Assembly: GCA_043809315.1 (NCBI GenBank)
Contig: JAZDDX010000024.1
Coordinates: 32,001 to 96,000 of the forward strand
Source of the DNA: Pseudomonadota bacterium
Lineage (GTDB): Bacteria; Bdellovibrionota_G; JALEGL01; DATDPG01
Reading direction: 5' to 3'
Length of the DNA: 64,000 nucleotides
Of this stretch, positions 10,337 through 18,528 are shown piece after piece (positions within the stretch are counted from its first letter, which is position 1; each line of letters starts with the position of its first letter). Under the pieces are notes generated by a model. The model was not told where the DNA came from and did no database searches. It saw only the letters and a program-made list of their open reading frames with translations. Position numbers and translations under genes: made by a program.

Positions 10337-11463
10337 ACGTGCTCGCGATCACCTCCCTGTTCCCCACCCCGATCGATCCGCAGGCGGGGCGTTTCAATCT
10401 CGCTCAACTGAGCGAAGTCGCCGCGTCGGACGGTGTGTCGGTGCTGGTTGCGATCCGGTGGCCCCTGTTCCTCAAACGCGGGGGGAAGAACCGCGAAACG
10501 GTGTCCGGAGGAACGTTGAAGATCGTTCCGACTCCCTATCTTTACCCTCCAGGGCTCGCGTACGGCTGGCACGGGCATTTCTTTTGGGCGTCGATCCGCG
10601 GCCAGGTCCGAAAGCTGGCGCGGGAAACGCGCTTCGACGTGGTCTACGGAATGTTCGCCTACCCCGACGGGTGGGCGGCGGCGCAGGCCGCGCAGGAACT
10701 GGGTGTGCCGCTGGTTCTCAAGGTCCACGGGAGTGACATCCATCGTCTGCGCCACGACCGAAGTCGCCGGTACCGTCTTTCGGAGGCGCTCGGGAGGGCG
10801 AAGAGGATCGTCGCGGTCTCGGAACAGCTCGCAGGCGAGGTTCGGGAGATCGCGCCCGGGATCACGGTCCGCGTCGTGCGGAACGGAGTGGATCACTCCG
10901 CCTTCCCGGTCGGGTCGAAGGAAGAGGCGCGGGAAAAGCTCGGGTTCCCCCGGGATCAGCCGGTGGTTCTTTTTGTCGGCCGGATGGAACCGGTGAAGGG
11001 GGCCGACCTCCTTCCCGAGATCGCCGGGAGCGTGAAGCATCCGGTCCGCTGGGTGTTGATCGGCCTCGGATCGGAAGCTTCCAGAATCGTGTCGAGGATG
11101 CCGGATGGGTTCACGCGGTGGATCCCGGGCGTTCCGCACGATAGGATCGGCGATTACTACCGGGCGGCGGATCTCGTTCTGATCCCGAGTCGGCGGGAGG
11201 GGATTCCGAACTCCCTTCTGGAAGCGTTGGCGTCCGACCGGCCGGTGGTGGCGAGTGCGGTGGGGGGAATCCCCGAGATCCTGACCGATGCTGGGGGGGG
11301 ACGGCTCGTGGCGTCCATGGAACCCGATTCGTTCGCGCATGCGATCGACGACCTCCTCACTCATCCCCCCGAAAAGGGGAGGGCCGCCGGGATGGTTTCG
11401 ATGGTACGTTGGGAGACGAGCGGCCGCGAACTGCGGTCCGTGTTAGCGGAGGCGATCCAATGA
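10333..11463 (+). CDS. Glycosyltransferase family 4 (TuaC-like)
   Basis: YPDG, HGSDI, NGVD, SRREGIPNSLLEALA. Confidence 0.92.
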   Translation: MNVLAITSLFPTPIDPQAGRFNLAQLSEVAASDGVSVLVAIRWPLFLKRGGKNRETVSGGTLKIVPTPYLYPPGLAYGWHGHFFWASIRGQVRKLARETRFDVVYGMFAYPDGWAAAQAAQELGVPLVLKVHGSDIHRLRHDRSRRYRLSEALGRAKRIVAVSEQLAGEVREIAPGITVRVVRNGVDHSAFPVGSKEEAREKLGFPRDQPVVLFVGRMEPVKGADLLPEIAGSVKHPVRWVLIGLGSEASRIVSRMPDGFTRWIPGVPHDRIGDYYRAADLVLIPSRREGIPNSLLEALASDRPVVASAVGGIPEILTDAGGGRLVASMEPDSFAHAIDDLLTHPPEKGRAAGMVSMVRWETSGRELRSVLAEAIQ

Positions 11464-11981
11464 TCCGATTCTTACCGGAAGATTTTCGACAGAAAGCTCG
11501 ATGGAACTACGGAAACACGAGCTTCCGATCCGTTTTGAAGGCGCTGGTGACCGACGGTTCGTTCACAATGGTGGCGTACCGAGTGGCTCAGACCTGCTAC
11601 CGCCTGCACATCGGCTGGCTGGGAGCGGTTCTACTGAAGTTCTCGAGCGTGCTCACGCAGGCGCTGATCGGACGGGGTGCGGAGTTCGGCCCCGGGTTCG
11701 TCGTCCTGCATTCGACGGGGCTGGTGATCAACGGGAGAACGCGCGGAGGACGGAACGTCTTTCTCGAGCACGGGGTGACGATCGGCGAAGAGAAGGGGGG
11801 AGTTCCCGTTCTCGGCAGCGACATCTTCGTCGGCGCGGGGGCCAAGATCTTCGGCCGAGTGAGGATCGGGGACGGGGCCCGGATCGGTGCCAACGCGGTG
11901 GTCGTTCACGACGTGCCGGACCACTCGACGGCGGTCGGAGTTCCGGCGCGGATTCTCCCACCCAAGCGGTCGAAACCATGA
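11460..11981 (+). CDS. Serine-acetyltransferase-like hexapeptide O-acetyltransferase
   Basis: VGAGAKIFGRVRIGDGARIGANAVVVHDVP...VGVPA; start at ATG 11460 overlapping previous stop. Confidence 0.9.
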   Translation: MIRFLPEDFRQKARWNYGNTSFRSVLKALVTDGSFTMVAYRVAQTCYRLHIGWLGAVLLKFSSVLTQALIGRGAEFGPGFVVLHSTGLVINGRTRGGRNVFLEHGVTIGEEKGGVPVLGSDIFVGAGAKIFGRVRIGDGARIGANAVVVHDVPDHSTAVGVPARILPPKRSKP

Positions 11982-13204
11982 GCCACGTTTGGTCCTGGCT
12001 TTTCTGGGGCTCTGTCGGGACCGTTGCGTACACGTACCTCGTCTATCCGGCGCTCTTGTTCCTCTTCCATCTCGTGGCGGGAGGCTGGGACGATCTCGAA
12101 TACCTGATCCGTCGCAAGAAACGGAGGGTTTCGGACCAAGAGGGGTTTTCCCCGGACCGTCTCCCGCACGTTTCGTTCGTGACCGCCGCGCACAACGAGG
12201 AAGGGGTTCTTACGAAAAAGATCGAGAACACCCTCGGACTCGATTACCCGTCCGACCGGATGGAACTCCTGATCGGGTCGGATGCCTCGGGGGATCGGAC
12301 CGTGGAGATCGTCCGCCAGTCAAGCGATTCACGCGTGCGGGTCTTCGATTACACGGAACGAAGCGGAAAGATCGGCGTCTTGAAGAAATTGGTCCCCGAG
12401 GCGAAAGGGGAGATTCTGGTCTTCAGCGACGCGAACACCTTCTTCGAGAACGATTCGCTCAAGAAGCTGATCCGGCATTTCTGCGATCCGGAGGTGGGGG
12501 TGGTCTGCGGGGAGTTGCGCCTCACGGCGTCCGACGGAACCCTTCAGAACGAAGGGGCCTACTGGAGATTTGAAACGATCTTGAAGATGCTGGAGAGTCG
12601 TTTCGGAGCGGTTCTGGGTGCGAACGGTGGGATCTACGCTGTCCGCAGGAAGCTGTTCCCGGAAATCCCGGGCGACACGATCATCGAAGATTTCGTGATC
12701 CCTCTTCTCATCCGGGGAAAAGGGTATAGGACCTCGTTCGATCCGGAGGCCGTCGCGTTGGAGCGGAATCCGGTCGATCCCCGGGGCGAGTTCCGGAGAA
12801 GGGTCCGGATCGGCACCGGGTGCGCGCAGGCCATGCCCCTGATCCGGCATCTCCTTTCCCCCCGTTTCGGGATGCTCGCGTTCTCCCTCTGGTCTCACAA
12901 GGTGGTTCGGTGGGCGGTCCCGTTCACCCTGCTTCTGGCCATGGGCGCGAACTTGGCGCTCCTGTCCGAGGCCGGCCGATGCCCGTGCCATCCGTATGTC
13001 GTGACGTTGTCCCTGCAGATTTTATTCTATGCGCTGGCGGTCATGGGGTGGCTGCGCAACCGGTGGAACAAACCACTTTGGATCTTCGGTCTGCCGTTTC
13101 TGTTCGTGGCGATGAACGCGGCGCTTCTCACCGGCTTCCTCCGGTTCTGGCTCGGCCTGCATCAGGTGGCCTGGAAGCCGACCGCACGAACGGTGGATGG
13201 ATGA
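11978..13204 (+). CDS. Glycosyltransferase family 2 (cellulose-synthase-like, membrane anchored)
   Basis: AAHNEE, SDAS.D, FSDAN, GANGGIYA, EDF, RRRVRIG; start at ATG 11978. Confidence 0.9.
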   Translation: MSHVWSWLFWGSVGTVAYTYLVYPALLFLFHLVAGGWDDLEYLIRRKKRRVSDQEGFSPDRLPHVSFVTAAHNEEGVLTKKIENTLGLDYPSDRMELLIGSDASGDRTVEIVRQSSDSRVRVFDYTERSGKIGVLKKLVPEAKGEILVFSDANTFFENDSLKKLIRHFCDPEVGVVCGELRLTASDGTLQNEGAYWRFETILKMLESRFGAVLGANGGIYAVRRKLFPEIPGDTIIEDFVIPLLIRGKGYRTSFDPEAVALERNPVDPRGEFRRRVRIGTGCAQAMPLIRHLLSPRFGMLAFSLWSHKVVRWAVPFTLLLAMGANLALLSEAGRCPCHPYVVTLSLQILFYALAVMGWLRNRWNKPLWIFGLPFLFVAMNAALLTGFLRFWLGLHQVAWKPTARTVDG

Positions 13205-14304
13205 TTCGGCACGTTCACCTCTGGCTGGGGAGTTACGTTCGGGATGAATTCCGGTTCCGCGGCGTGCTCCCGAAGGGGAAGATCATCGACCTGCTCTTCT
13301 GCGTGGCCGATCACTACGAACCGCTGTGGCAAACCGATTCGGAGACGGTGGGGGATCGGCGCGTCGATATCTGGTCGGACCGATTCCCCAAGTTGGCGGC
13401 CCGGCACCGGGATGCCGACGGGAGAGGACCGGTTCACTCGTTCTTCTTCGCGGCGGAACAGTTCCGTCCGAAGTGGATCGAAGCACTGGCCGGTTTCGCG
13501 GACAATGGGTTGGGAGAGGTCGAGATCCACCTTCACCACGGCCACGACACGCGCGAAGGGTTGAAAGCGAAGCTCCTCGCGTTTCAGGAGTCCCTGAGCG
13601 GTTGGAGGCTCTTGAGCTCGGAGCGTGGGTCGCGACAGGCGCGGTACGGGTTCATTCACGGCGATTGGGCGCTCGCGAATTCAGGCCCCGGGGACGACAC
13701 GTGCGGAGTGGACGACGAACTCGAGGTGCTGATCGAGACCGGCTGTTACGGCGATTTCACGTTCCCCTCGGCCCCTTCGGAGACACAGATCCCGACGATC
13801 AACCGGATCTTCTTCGCGGACCCGAAGAAGAAAGGTCCGAAACCGCACGCGCGTGGGATCGAGGCATCGGTCGGAAGGTTCCGGCCGGACGATTTCATGC
13901 TGTTTGCAGGGCCGCTCGGTCTGGATTGGGAGCGCCGGAAGTTCGGACTCCTGCCGCGGATCGAGAACGGCGACCTCTCGGCGGGGAACCCGCCCCATCC
14001 GAGGCGGATCCCGTTGTGGCTGAAGCACTCAGCCCGTGTGGCCGGCAGGCCGGAGTGGCGGTTCATCAAGCTCTACACGCACGGCTGTGCCGAGCGGAAC
14101 CACGAGGCTCTGTTGGGCGGAGCGATGGACTCGCTTCTGGATGAATTGGAGGGACGGTACAACGACGGGAAACGGTTCCGCCTTCATTATGTGAGTGCCC
14201 GCGAGATGCACAACATTGCGCGCGCCGCGATGGACGGCAAGGGGGGGGACGCCGGGGAGTACCGCGACTACCAGCTCGTCCCCCGATGGAGGAAGCCGGC
14301 ATGA
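13201..14304 (+). CDS. Conserved hypothetical protein, possible metal-dependent polysaccharide-modifying hydrolase
   Basis: Translationally coupled on both sides; DHYEP, EIHLHH, FIHGDWAL, KLYTHG, LHYVSAREM motifs. Confidence 0.6.
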   Translation: MIRHVHLWLGSYVRDEFRFRGVLPKGKIIDLLFCVADHYEPLWQTDSETVGDRRVDIWSDRFPKLAARHRDADGRGPVHSFFFAAEQFRPKWIEALAGFADNGLGEVEIHLHHGHDTREGLKAKLLAFQESLSGWRLLSSERGSRQARYGFIHGDWALANSGPGDDTCGVDDELEVLIETGCYGDFTFPSAPSETQIPTINRIFFADPKKKGPKPHARGIEASVGRFRPDDFMLFAGPLGLDWERRKFGLLPRIENGDLSAGNPPHPRRIPLWLKHSARVAGRPEWRFIKLYTHGCAERNHEALLGGAMDSLLDELEGRYNDGKRFRLHYVSAREMHNIARAAMDGKGGDAGEYRDYQLVPRWRKPA

Positions 14305-15248
14305 GTCTCCGCGGCAGGATCGCTCCGGCCTTTGATCTTCTCGGGGCGCTGGATCCGTTGGCTAAGATCATTCACAAACGGAGTCTCGCGATTCTGACGT
14401 ACCACCGCGTGGCCGTGCCGGGAACGCACAAGCACTTGAATGACCGCGTGATCAGCACGACCCCGGAAGAGTTCGACGAACAGATGCGGTGGATCTCGCG
14501 TATCGCATCTCCCATCGGTTTTGACGATCTGGCGCGGATCGAGAACGAAAAGGGGGAGATCCCCCCGCGCGCCGTCCTCGTCACGTTCGACGACGGGTAT
14601 TTGGACAACTACCTTCACGCCTTTCCGACGCTCCGCCGCTACCGGATTCCCGCCACGATTTTCCTGGTGACCGGTCTGGTCGGCTCCCAGGAACCGTTCT
14701 GGTGGGATCTCGTGACGTTCGTTCTCGAAAGATCAGGGGTTCAGGAAGTGGAGGCGCAGGGGGAGCTGGAACGTCTGAAGCACATGCGCGATGAAGAGCG
14801 GAAAGAGGCGGTTCGAAAATTATGTTCCGTGGCCGGCCTGGATGTCCGATCGCTTTCCCGTTCGATCCTGAACTGGGAGGAGATCTCGGAGATGGCTTCC
14901 GAGGGGGTGAGCTTCGGAGGTCACAGCGTGAATCACCCGATTCTCTCGAAACTGAATCAGGGAGAAGTGCGGAGCGAAGTCACGGAGTGCAAGCGGACGT
15001 TGGAAGAGAGGTTGGGACGACCGGTCCTAGCGTTCGCCTACCCAGTGGGGCGTGCGTTCTCGTTGAACGACGAGGTGGTGAAAGAGGTTCGAGAAGCGGG
15101 GTACCGCTACGCCGTGACAACCGAGGTGGGGGTGAACCGGAAGGGGGGATGGGATCCGTATCGGCTCCGGCGGATCGGAATCACGCTTCACGATTCGATC
15201 CCTCGTTTCAAAGCCAAGTTCGCCGCCCCCTGGTTTTTCGCGCGATAA
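14301..15248 (+). CDS. Polysaccharide deacetylase (NodB/CE4)
   Basis: LTYHRV, VTFDDGY, GGHSVNHPIL, FAYPVG. Confidence 0.93.
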   Translation: MSLRGRIAPAFDLLGALDPLAKIIHKRSLAILTYHRVAVPGTHKHLNDRVISTTPEEFDEQMRWISRIASPIGFDDLARIENEKGEIPPRAVLVTFDDGYLDNYLHAFPTLRRYRIPATIFLVTGLVGSQEPFWWDLVTFVLERSGVQEVEAQGELERLKHMRDEERKEAVRKLCSVAGLDVRSLSRSILNWEEISEMASEGVSFGGHSVNHPILSKLNQGEVRSEVTECKRTLEERLGRPVLAFAYPVGRAFSLNDEVVKEVREAGYRYAVTTEVGVNRKGGWDPYRLRRIGITLHDSIPRFKAKFAAPWFFAR

Positions 15249-15257
15249 ACCCGGTCC

Positions 15258-15287
15258 AGAGGCGCCTTTCCGGGGGTCTTTTTTTTT
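15258..15287 (+). terminator. Probable intrinsic terminator of EPS operon
   Basis: Imperfect GC stem (aggcgcc / ggggtct) followed by a run of 9 T just after the last gene. Confidence 0.55.
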
Positions 15288-15387
15288 GGCCGGAGGCATG
15301 CCTAAAGAGGCCACGGACGGGTCAAAAAAGATGCATTTATTAGCGCACTGTGCTATAAAAAGTCCGGCGAGTGGTAGGGGTTGAAGA

Positions 15388-16626
15388 ATGAATCATAAGG
15401 CATTAATAACATTGGCATTTGTTCTCTTACTAGCTTCGAATTGCTCCATCAGTTCAAGAACGAAATCGAGCGCTTCCAGTCAAGGGGGAACCTCCTCAAC
15501 CGAGGATTCGACGACCCCAACGCCGTTGCCGCCCGAGACACCGACGCCGTCCGAGACACCGACGCCGCCCGAGACACCGACGCCGCCCGAGACACCGACG
15601 CCGCTCCCGGCCGAAGTGGGAACCCCCGTGGCGGACGGTCCGTACACGCAGACAGAGCAGCCGACCGAGGGAAAGGTGGATGCTCTGTTCGTGTTGGATA
15701 GCTCGAGTTCGATGGTGCCGGCTCGGGAAAAGCTCTCCCAGGCTTTTTCCACGTTTGTCGGGGAGTTCTTGAATATCGGCAGCGTGAATGTGGCTTTCAT
15801 TCTGGCGTGGGGATCTTCAGCTCCGAACGGCGGGTACGAAGGGTCGGGACACCTCTACCGAATCGGAACGAATCCGTACGTCCTGAGTGCTCAGCTATCC
15901 AATTTGACAGAAATGGCGGACCTTCAGACCCAACTCGCCGCGACGCTGGCCTTGCCCCCTCCCGATCAGCCTGCGCCCAATCCGCAGGATAGCGGGGAGC
16001 TGGGGATGTACTCGGTGAAGCGTTTTTTCACGGATCCCTTGGTCACCGAAGCAAAGGGTCGCGGCTTCCTGAACGCAGGGGCGGCGTTGGTGGTGATCTT
16101 CTTGACCGATGAAAACGACATCTGCGCGATCTATCCCTCGGAGAGTTCCAAACCGCCCTGGATTCCCTCGGCCGAGAGGATTCTCCACGATACGTACTGC
16201 CCGGACGGGATTGCCGGCTCGGATCTGTTCGCCGCGGCGAAGGGGGTCAAAGGGGACGACCCGGTCCAGTTCGATGGTCTGGTCTATACCTCTCCCGTCT
16301 CGACCAATCTGTACGATTCGTGGGAGTGGGAAATGGGGTACGGATACCTGGACGTGATTGCAGCATCCAACGGGGTTTCCATGGATTTCGGTGCCGCAGA
16401 CTACCGGCCGGGTCTTCGGAACTTCGGGAATGCCATCAACTCGGCGGTCGCGAAGCTCCAGCGGAAATTCTTTTTGACCCGGAGCTTCGTCAACCCGCTC
16501 AGCATCAAAGTGAAGGTGGACGGCGTCGCCGTGACGTTCCAGTATCTGTCCGGGGAAAATGCGGTCCTGCTGGACTACGCGGGGCAAAACGGTTCGATCA
16601 TCGATATCGACTACCGGGTGTTGTAG
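15388..16626 (+). CDS. Lipoprotein with Pro/Thr linker and VWA (MIDAS) domain
   Basis: Signal with LASNC; DALFVLDSSSSM MIDAS motif; VIFLTDEND; C-terminal small beta domain. Confidence 0.7.
   Translation: MNHKALITLAFVLLLASNCSISSRTKSSASSQGGTSSTEDSTTPTPLPPETPTPSETPTPPETPTPPETPTPLPAEVGTPVADGPYTQTEQPTEGKVDALFVLDSSSSMVPAREKLSQAFSTFVGEFLNIGSVNVAFILAWGSSAPNGGYEGSGHLYRIGTNPYVLSAQLSNLTEMADLQTQLAATLALPPPDQPAPNPQDSGELGMYSVKRFFTDPLVTEAKGRGFLNAGAALVVIFLTDENDICAIYPSESSKPPWIPSAERILHDTYCPDGIAGSDLFAAAKGVKGDDPVQFDGLVYTSPVSTNLYDSWEWEMGYGYLDVIAASNGVSMDFGAADYRPGLRNFGNAINSAVAKLQRKFFLTRSFVNPLSIKVKVDGVAVTFQYLSGENAVLLDYAGQNGSIIDIDYRVL
15528..15604 (+). repeat. Coding 18-bp tandem repeat (PPETPT units)
   Basis: About four copies of gccgcccgagacaccgac with minor variation. 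Confidence 0.9.
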
Positions 16627-17205
16627 ATTCGAAAAAACTCTCCATCGTGGTTCGTCTACATGATCGAGACCGATCGCCGGTTCCTGTACACCGGAATCAC
16701 CTCCGATCTCGAACGAAGACTCGCCCAGCACCGGAACGGGGAGGGGGCGAAGTTCTTTCGGACGCAGGCCCCCATGAAGATCGTCTACGTGGAGCGGTGT
16801 CCCTCCAAGGGGAACGCGTTACGGCGCGAGGCGGAAATCAAGCGGCTCTCACGGCAGGAAAAACAGAAGCTCACGAATGTTCGTGCTCCAAGATCCGTGT
16901 CGGACCTCGTTTACGCCTGGGTGAAACGGATTCCGCGAGGGCGCGTGATGACGTACGGTCAGATCTCAAACCTTTTGCACAAGAGGCTGTCGGCGCGGGC
17001 CGTCGGGTGGGCCATGCGCAACTCCCCGAAAGGGGTCCATTGGCATCGGGTCGTGAATGCATCGGGAGGCTGTTCCACCGACCGTCTTCCGGATGCGCCC
17101 GCAGGGCTTCAACGACACCTCCTGGAATCGGAGAGAATTGTGTTTCGGAGCGACGGGACGATCGACCTCGGAAAGTATCGTTGGGTTCCCAGAAAATTGG
17201 TATAG
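16627..17205 (+). CDS. GIY-YIG nuclease fused to alkyltransferase-like (ATL/MGMT-family) domain
   Basis: WFVYM...LYTGIT.DLERRLAQH...ALRREAEIK (YhbQ-like GIY-YIG), then RIPRGRVMTYGQI...ARAVGWAM...WHRVVNASG (ATL, Trp replaces catalytic Cys); first ATG is 16660, true start uncertain. Confidence 0.85.
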   Translation: MRKNSPSWFVYMIETDRRFLYTGITSDLERRLAQHRNGEGAKFFRTQAPMKIVYVERCPSKGNALRREAEIKRLSRQEKQKLTNVRAPRSVSDLVYAWVKRIPRGRVMTYGQISNLLHKRLSARAVGWAMRNSPKGVHWHRVVNASGGCSTDRLPDAPAGLQRHLLESERIVFRSDGTIDLGKYRWVPRKLV

Positions 17206-17233
17206 AAGCACCCGATTTTCACGGGAGGTTCGG

Positions 17234-17456
17234 ATGAAACGGTTCCGTCGGTTTCTTGCACTCGGTCTCGCGCTTCTGTCCGTCGCGCCGAACCTTCTCG
17301 GTGCCGAGCTGGGTTGGCTCAAGCCGGATGCTATCTCGATCAAAACTTACCTCCATTGAAGCCGGGAAGAAGCTGGGGGACGAGATCGCACGTCGGCTCC
17401 TGGCCGACGAGAAGTTCCAGAAGGAGCTCGCGAACTTTCGACCGGGTTCCAGGTAG
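17234..17456 (+). pseudogene. Probable internally deleted secreted acid phosphatase (PAP2/class A) remnant
   Basis: RBS GGGAGG + signal peptide ORF 17234-17359, then in another frame IEAGKKLGDEIARRLLADEKFQKEL, resembling the C-terminal helix after the HxxSD motif of class A phosphatases; catalytic middle absent. Confidence 0.45.
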
Positions 17457-17471
17457 GCCCCTCCTGTTCTT

Positions 17472-18512
17472 CTACCAAATCTCGTCTTTGAGGCGGAGAT
17501 ATTCGGCCCAGGCGGTGGACTCAAAATCAAAGAGGTTCTTTTGTTTTGAAAATGCGGTTTCGGCCTCCCGAAGCAAGACCTCCAGCCCGATCCGGTTGGG
17601 GGTACGCGGGGCGAGATATCGCCCAAAAAGAGTCGGATTCGAATGTCGGAGGTCGACGACGTATCTCGCCGTGTGGCGAAGAAAAAGTGGAAGGAGAATC
17701 ATCGGTCGATCTTTGGGGAACACCAGCTTCTCCCCGTACCGAGAAACGAGAGCACGCATCGTTTTGAGGTCGTTCGTATAGGCGTTCAGTTCATCCAAGA
17801 GGGAGAGAAGATTGATTTTCGGGTTGGAGAAATACATCTCCTGGGTCTCTTGGAGCTTTCTCGCGTGGATCGGATCGTTTGCGGCAAGGGGGGGGAGGGT
17901 TGGGATCGAAGCGGAAGGGAGGTCGGCTCCAAGATCGAAGCAAAGCGTGTTGCGATGGGGTGCGAAGAAGAGGCAGGAGTTTCGGCGAAGGGCGTGTGTC
18001 AGTTCGTGAACGGCGTAGGGAAGGAATTCCAGGTCGAGATCTCCCTTGGGTTTTCGGCAGCGGATCCAGCGGAGGGGGCCGATGTCGAGATCGTTCCAGG
18101 CCCAGGGGCGGGTTTTTCGAAATTCTTCGAAGACCGTCTTTGCTGTGGGTTCGGCCAGGGTGTGGATTGTTTTCGTAGCTTCCAGGAGGCAGGGGCCATC
18201 GTCTGCCGACGGCTGTACCCGGTCGCCGATCATGAACGCGGACGGTGCGCTCGCATGGAGGGGGTCGCGATAGATGACCACCTCCATTGTCTGGTTCAGG
18301 AGAAAGACGGCTTTCCAGCAGTGGTTTTCTTGAAGCAAGGCCGGAGCCTCTTTCATTCCTTCCGAAAAGTGGGTGAGAAAGTCGCGGACGGCCGCAAGCT
18401 CGTGGTCGATTTCTTGTTGGGAGAGACAGTGTTGTGCGGACGGTGGTGGCGCGGGACGAGACGGAACGCAGGCGGAGAGCAAGCAGGCGACCAGAATGGA
18501 TTCGCGCTTCAT
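17472..18512 (-). CDS. Lipoprotein with HExxH zincin-like motif
   Basis: Lipobox LSAC; VHELTHAL plus downstream DELNAY; starts 16 bp after last RHS core gene. Confidence 0.55.
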   Translation of the reverse strand: MKRESILVACLLSACVPSRPAPPPSAQHCLSQQEIDHELAAVRDFLTHFSEGMKEAPALLQENHCWKAVFLLNQTMEVVIYRDPLHASAPSAFMIGDRVQPSADDGPCLLEATKTIHTLAEPTAKTVFEEFRKTRPWAWNDLDIGPLRWIRCRKPKGDLDLEFLPYAVHELTHALRRNSCLFFAPHRNTLCFDLGADLPSASIPTLPPLAANDPIHARKLQETQEMYFSNPKINLLSLLDELNAYTNDLKTMRALVSRYGEKLVFPKDRPMILLPLFLRHTARYVVDLRHSNPTLFGRYLAPRTPNRIGLEVLLREAETAFSKQKNLFDFESTAWAEYLRLKDEIW

Positions 18513-18528
18513 TCTCGATTGTCCACGA

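Noticed and set aside
16624-16626. Genome-wide TAG reassignment
   Set aside because: Other genes (wza, umuD, hicB) end at TAG at their expected C-termini
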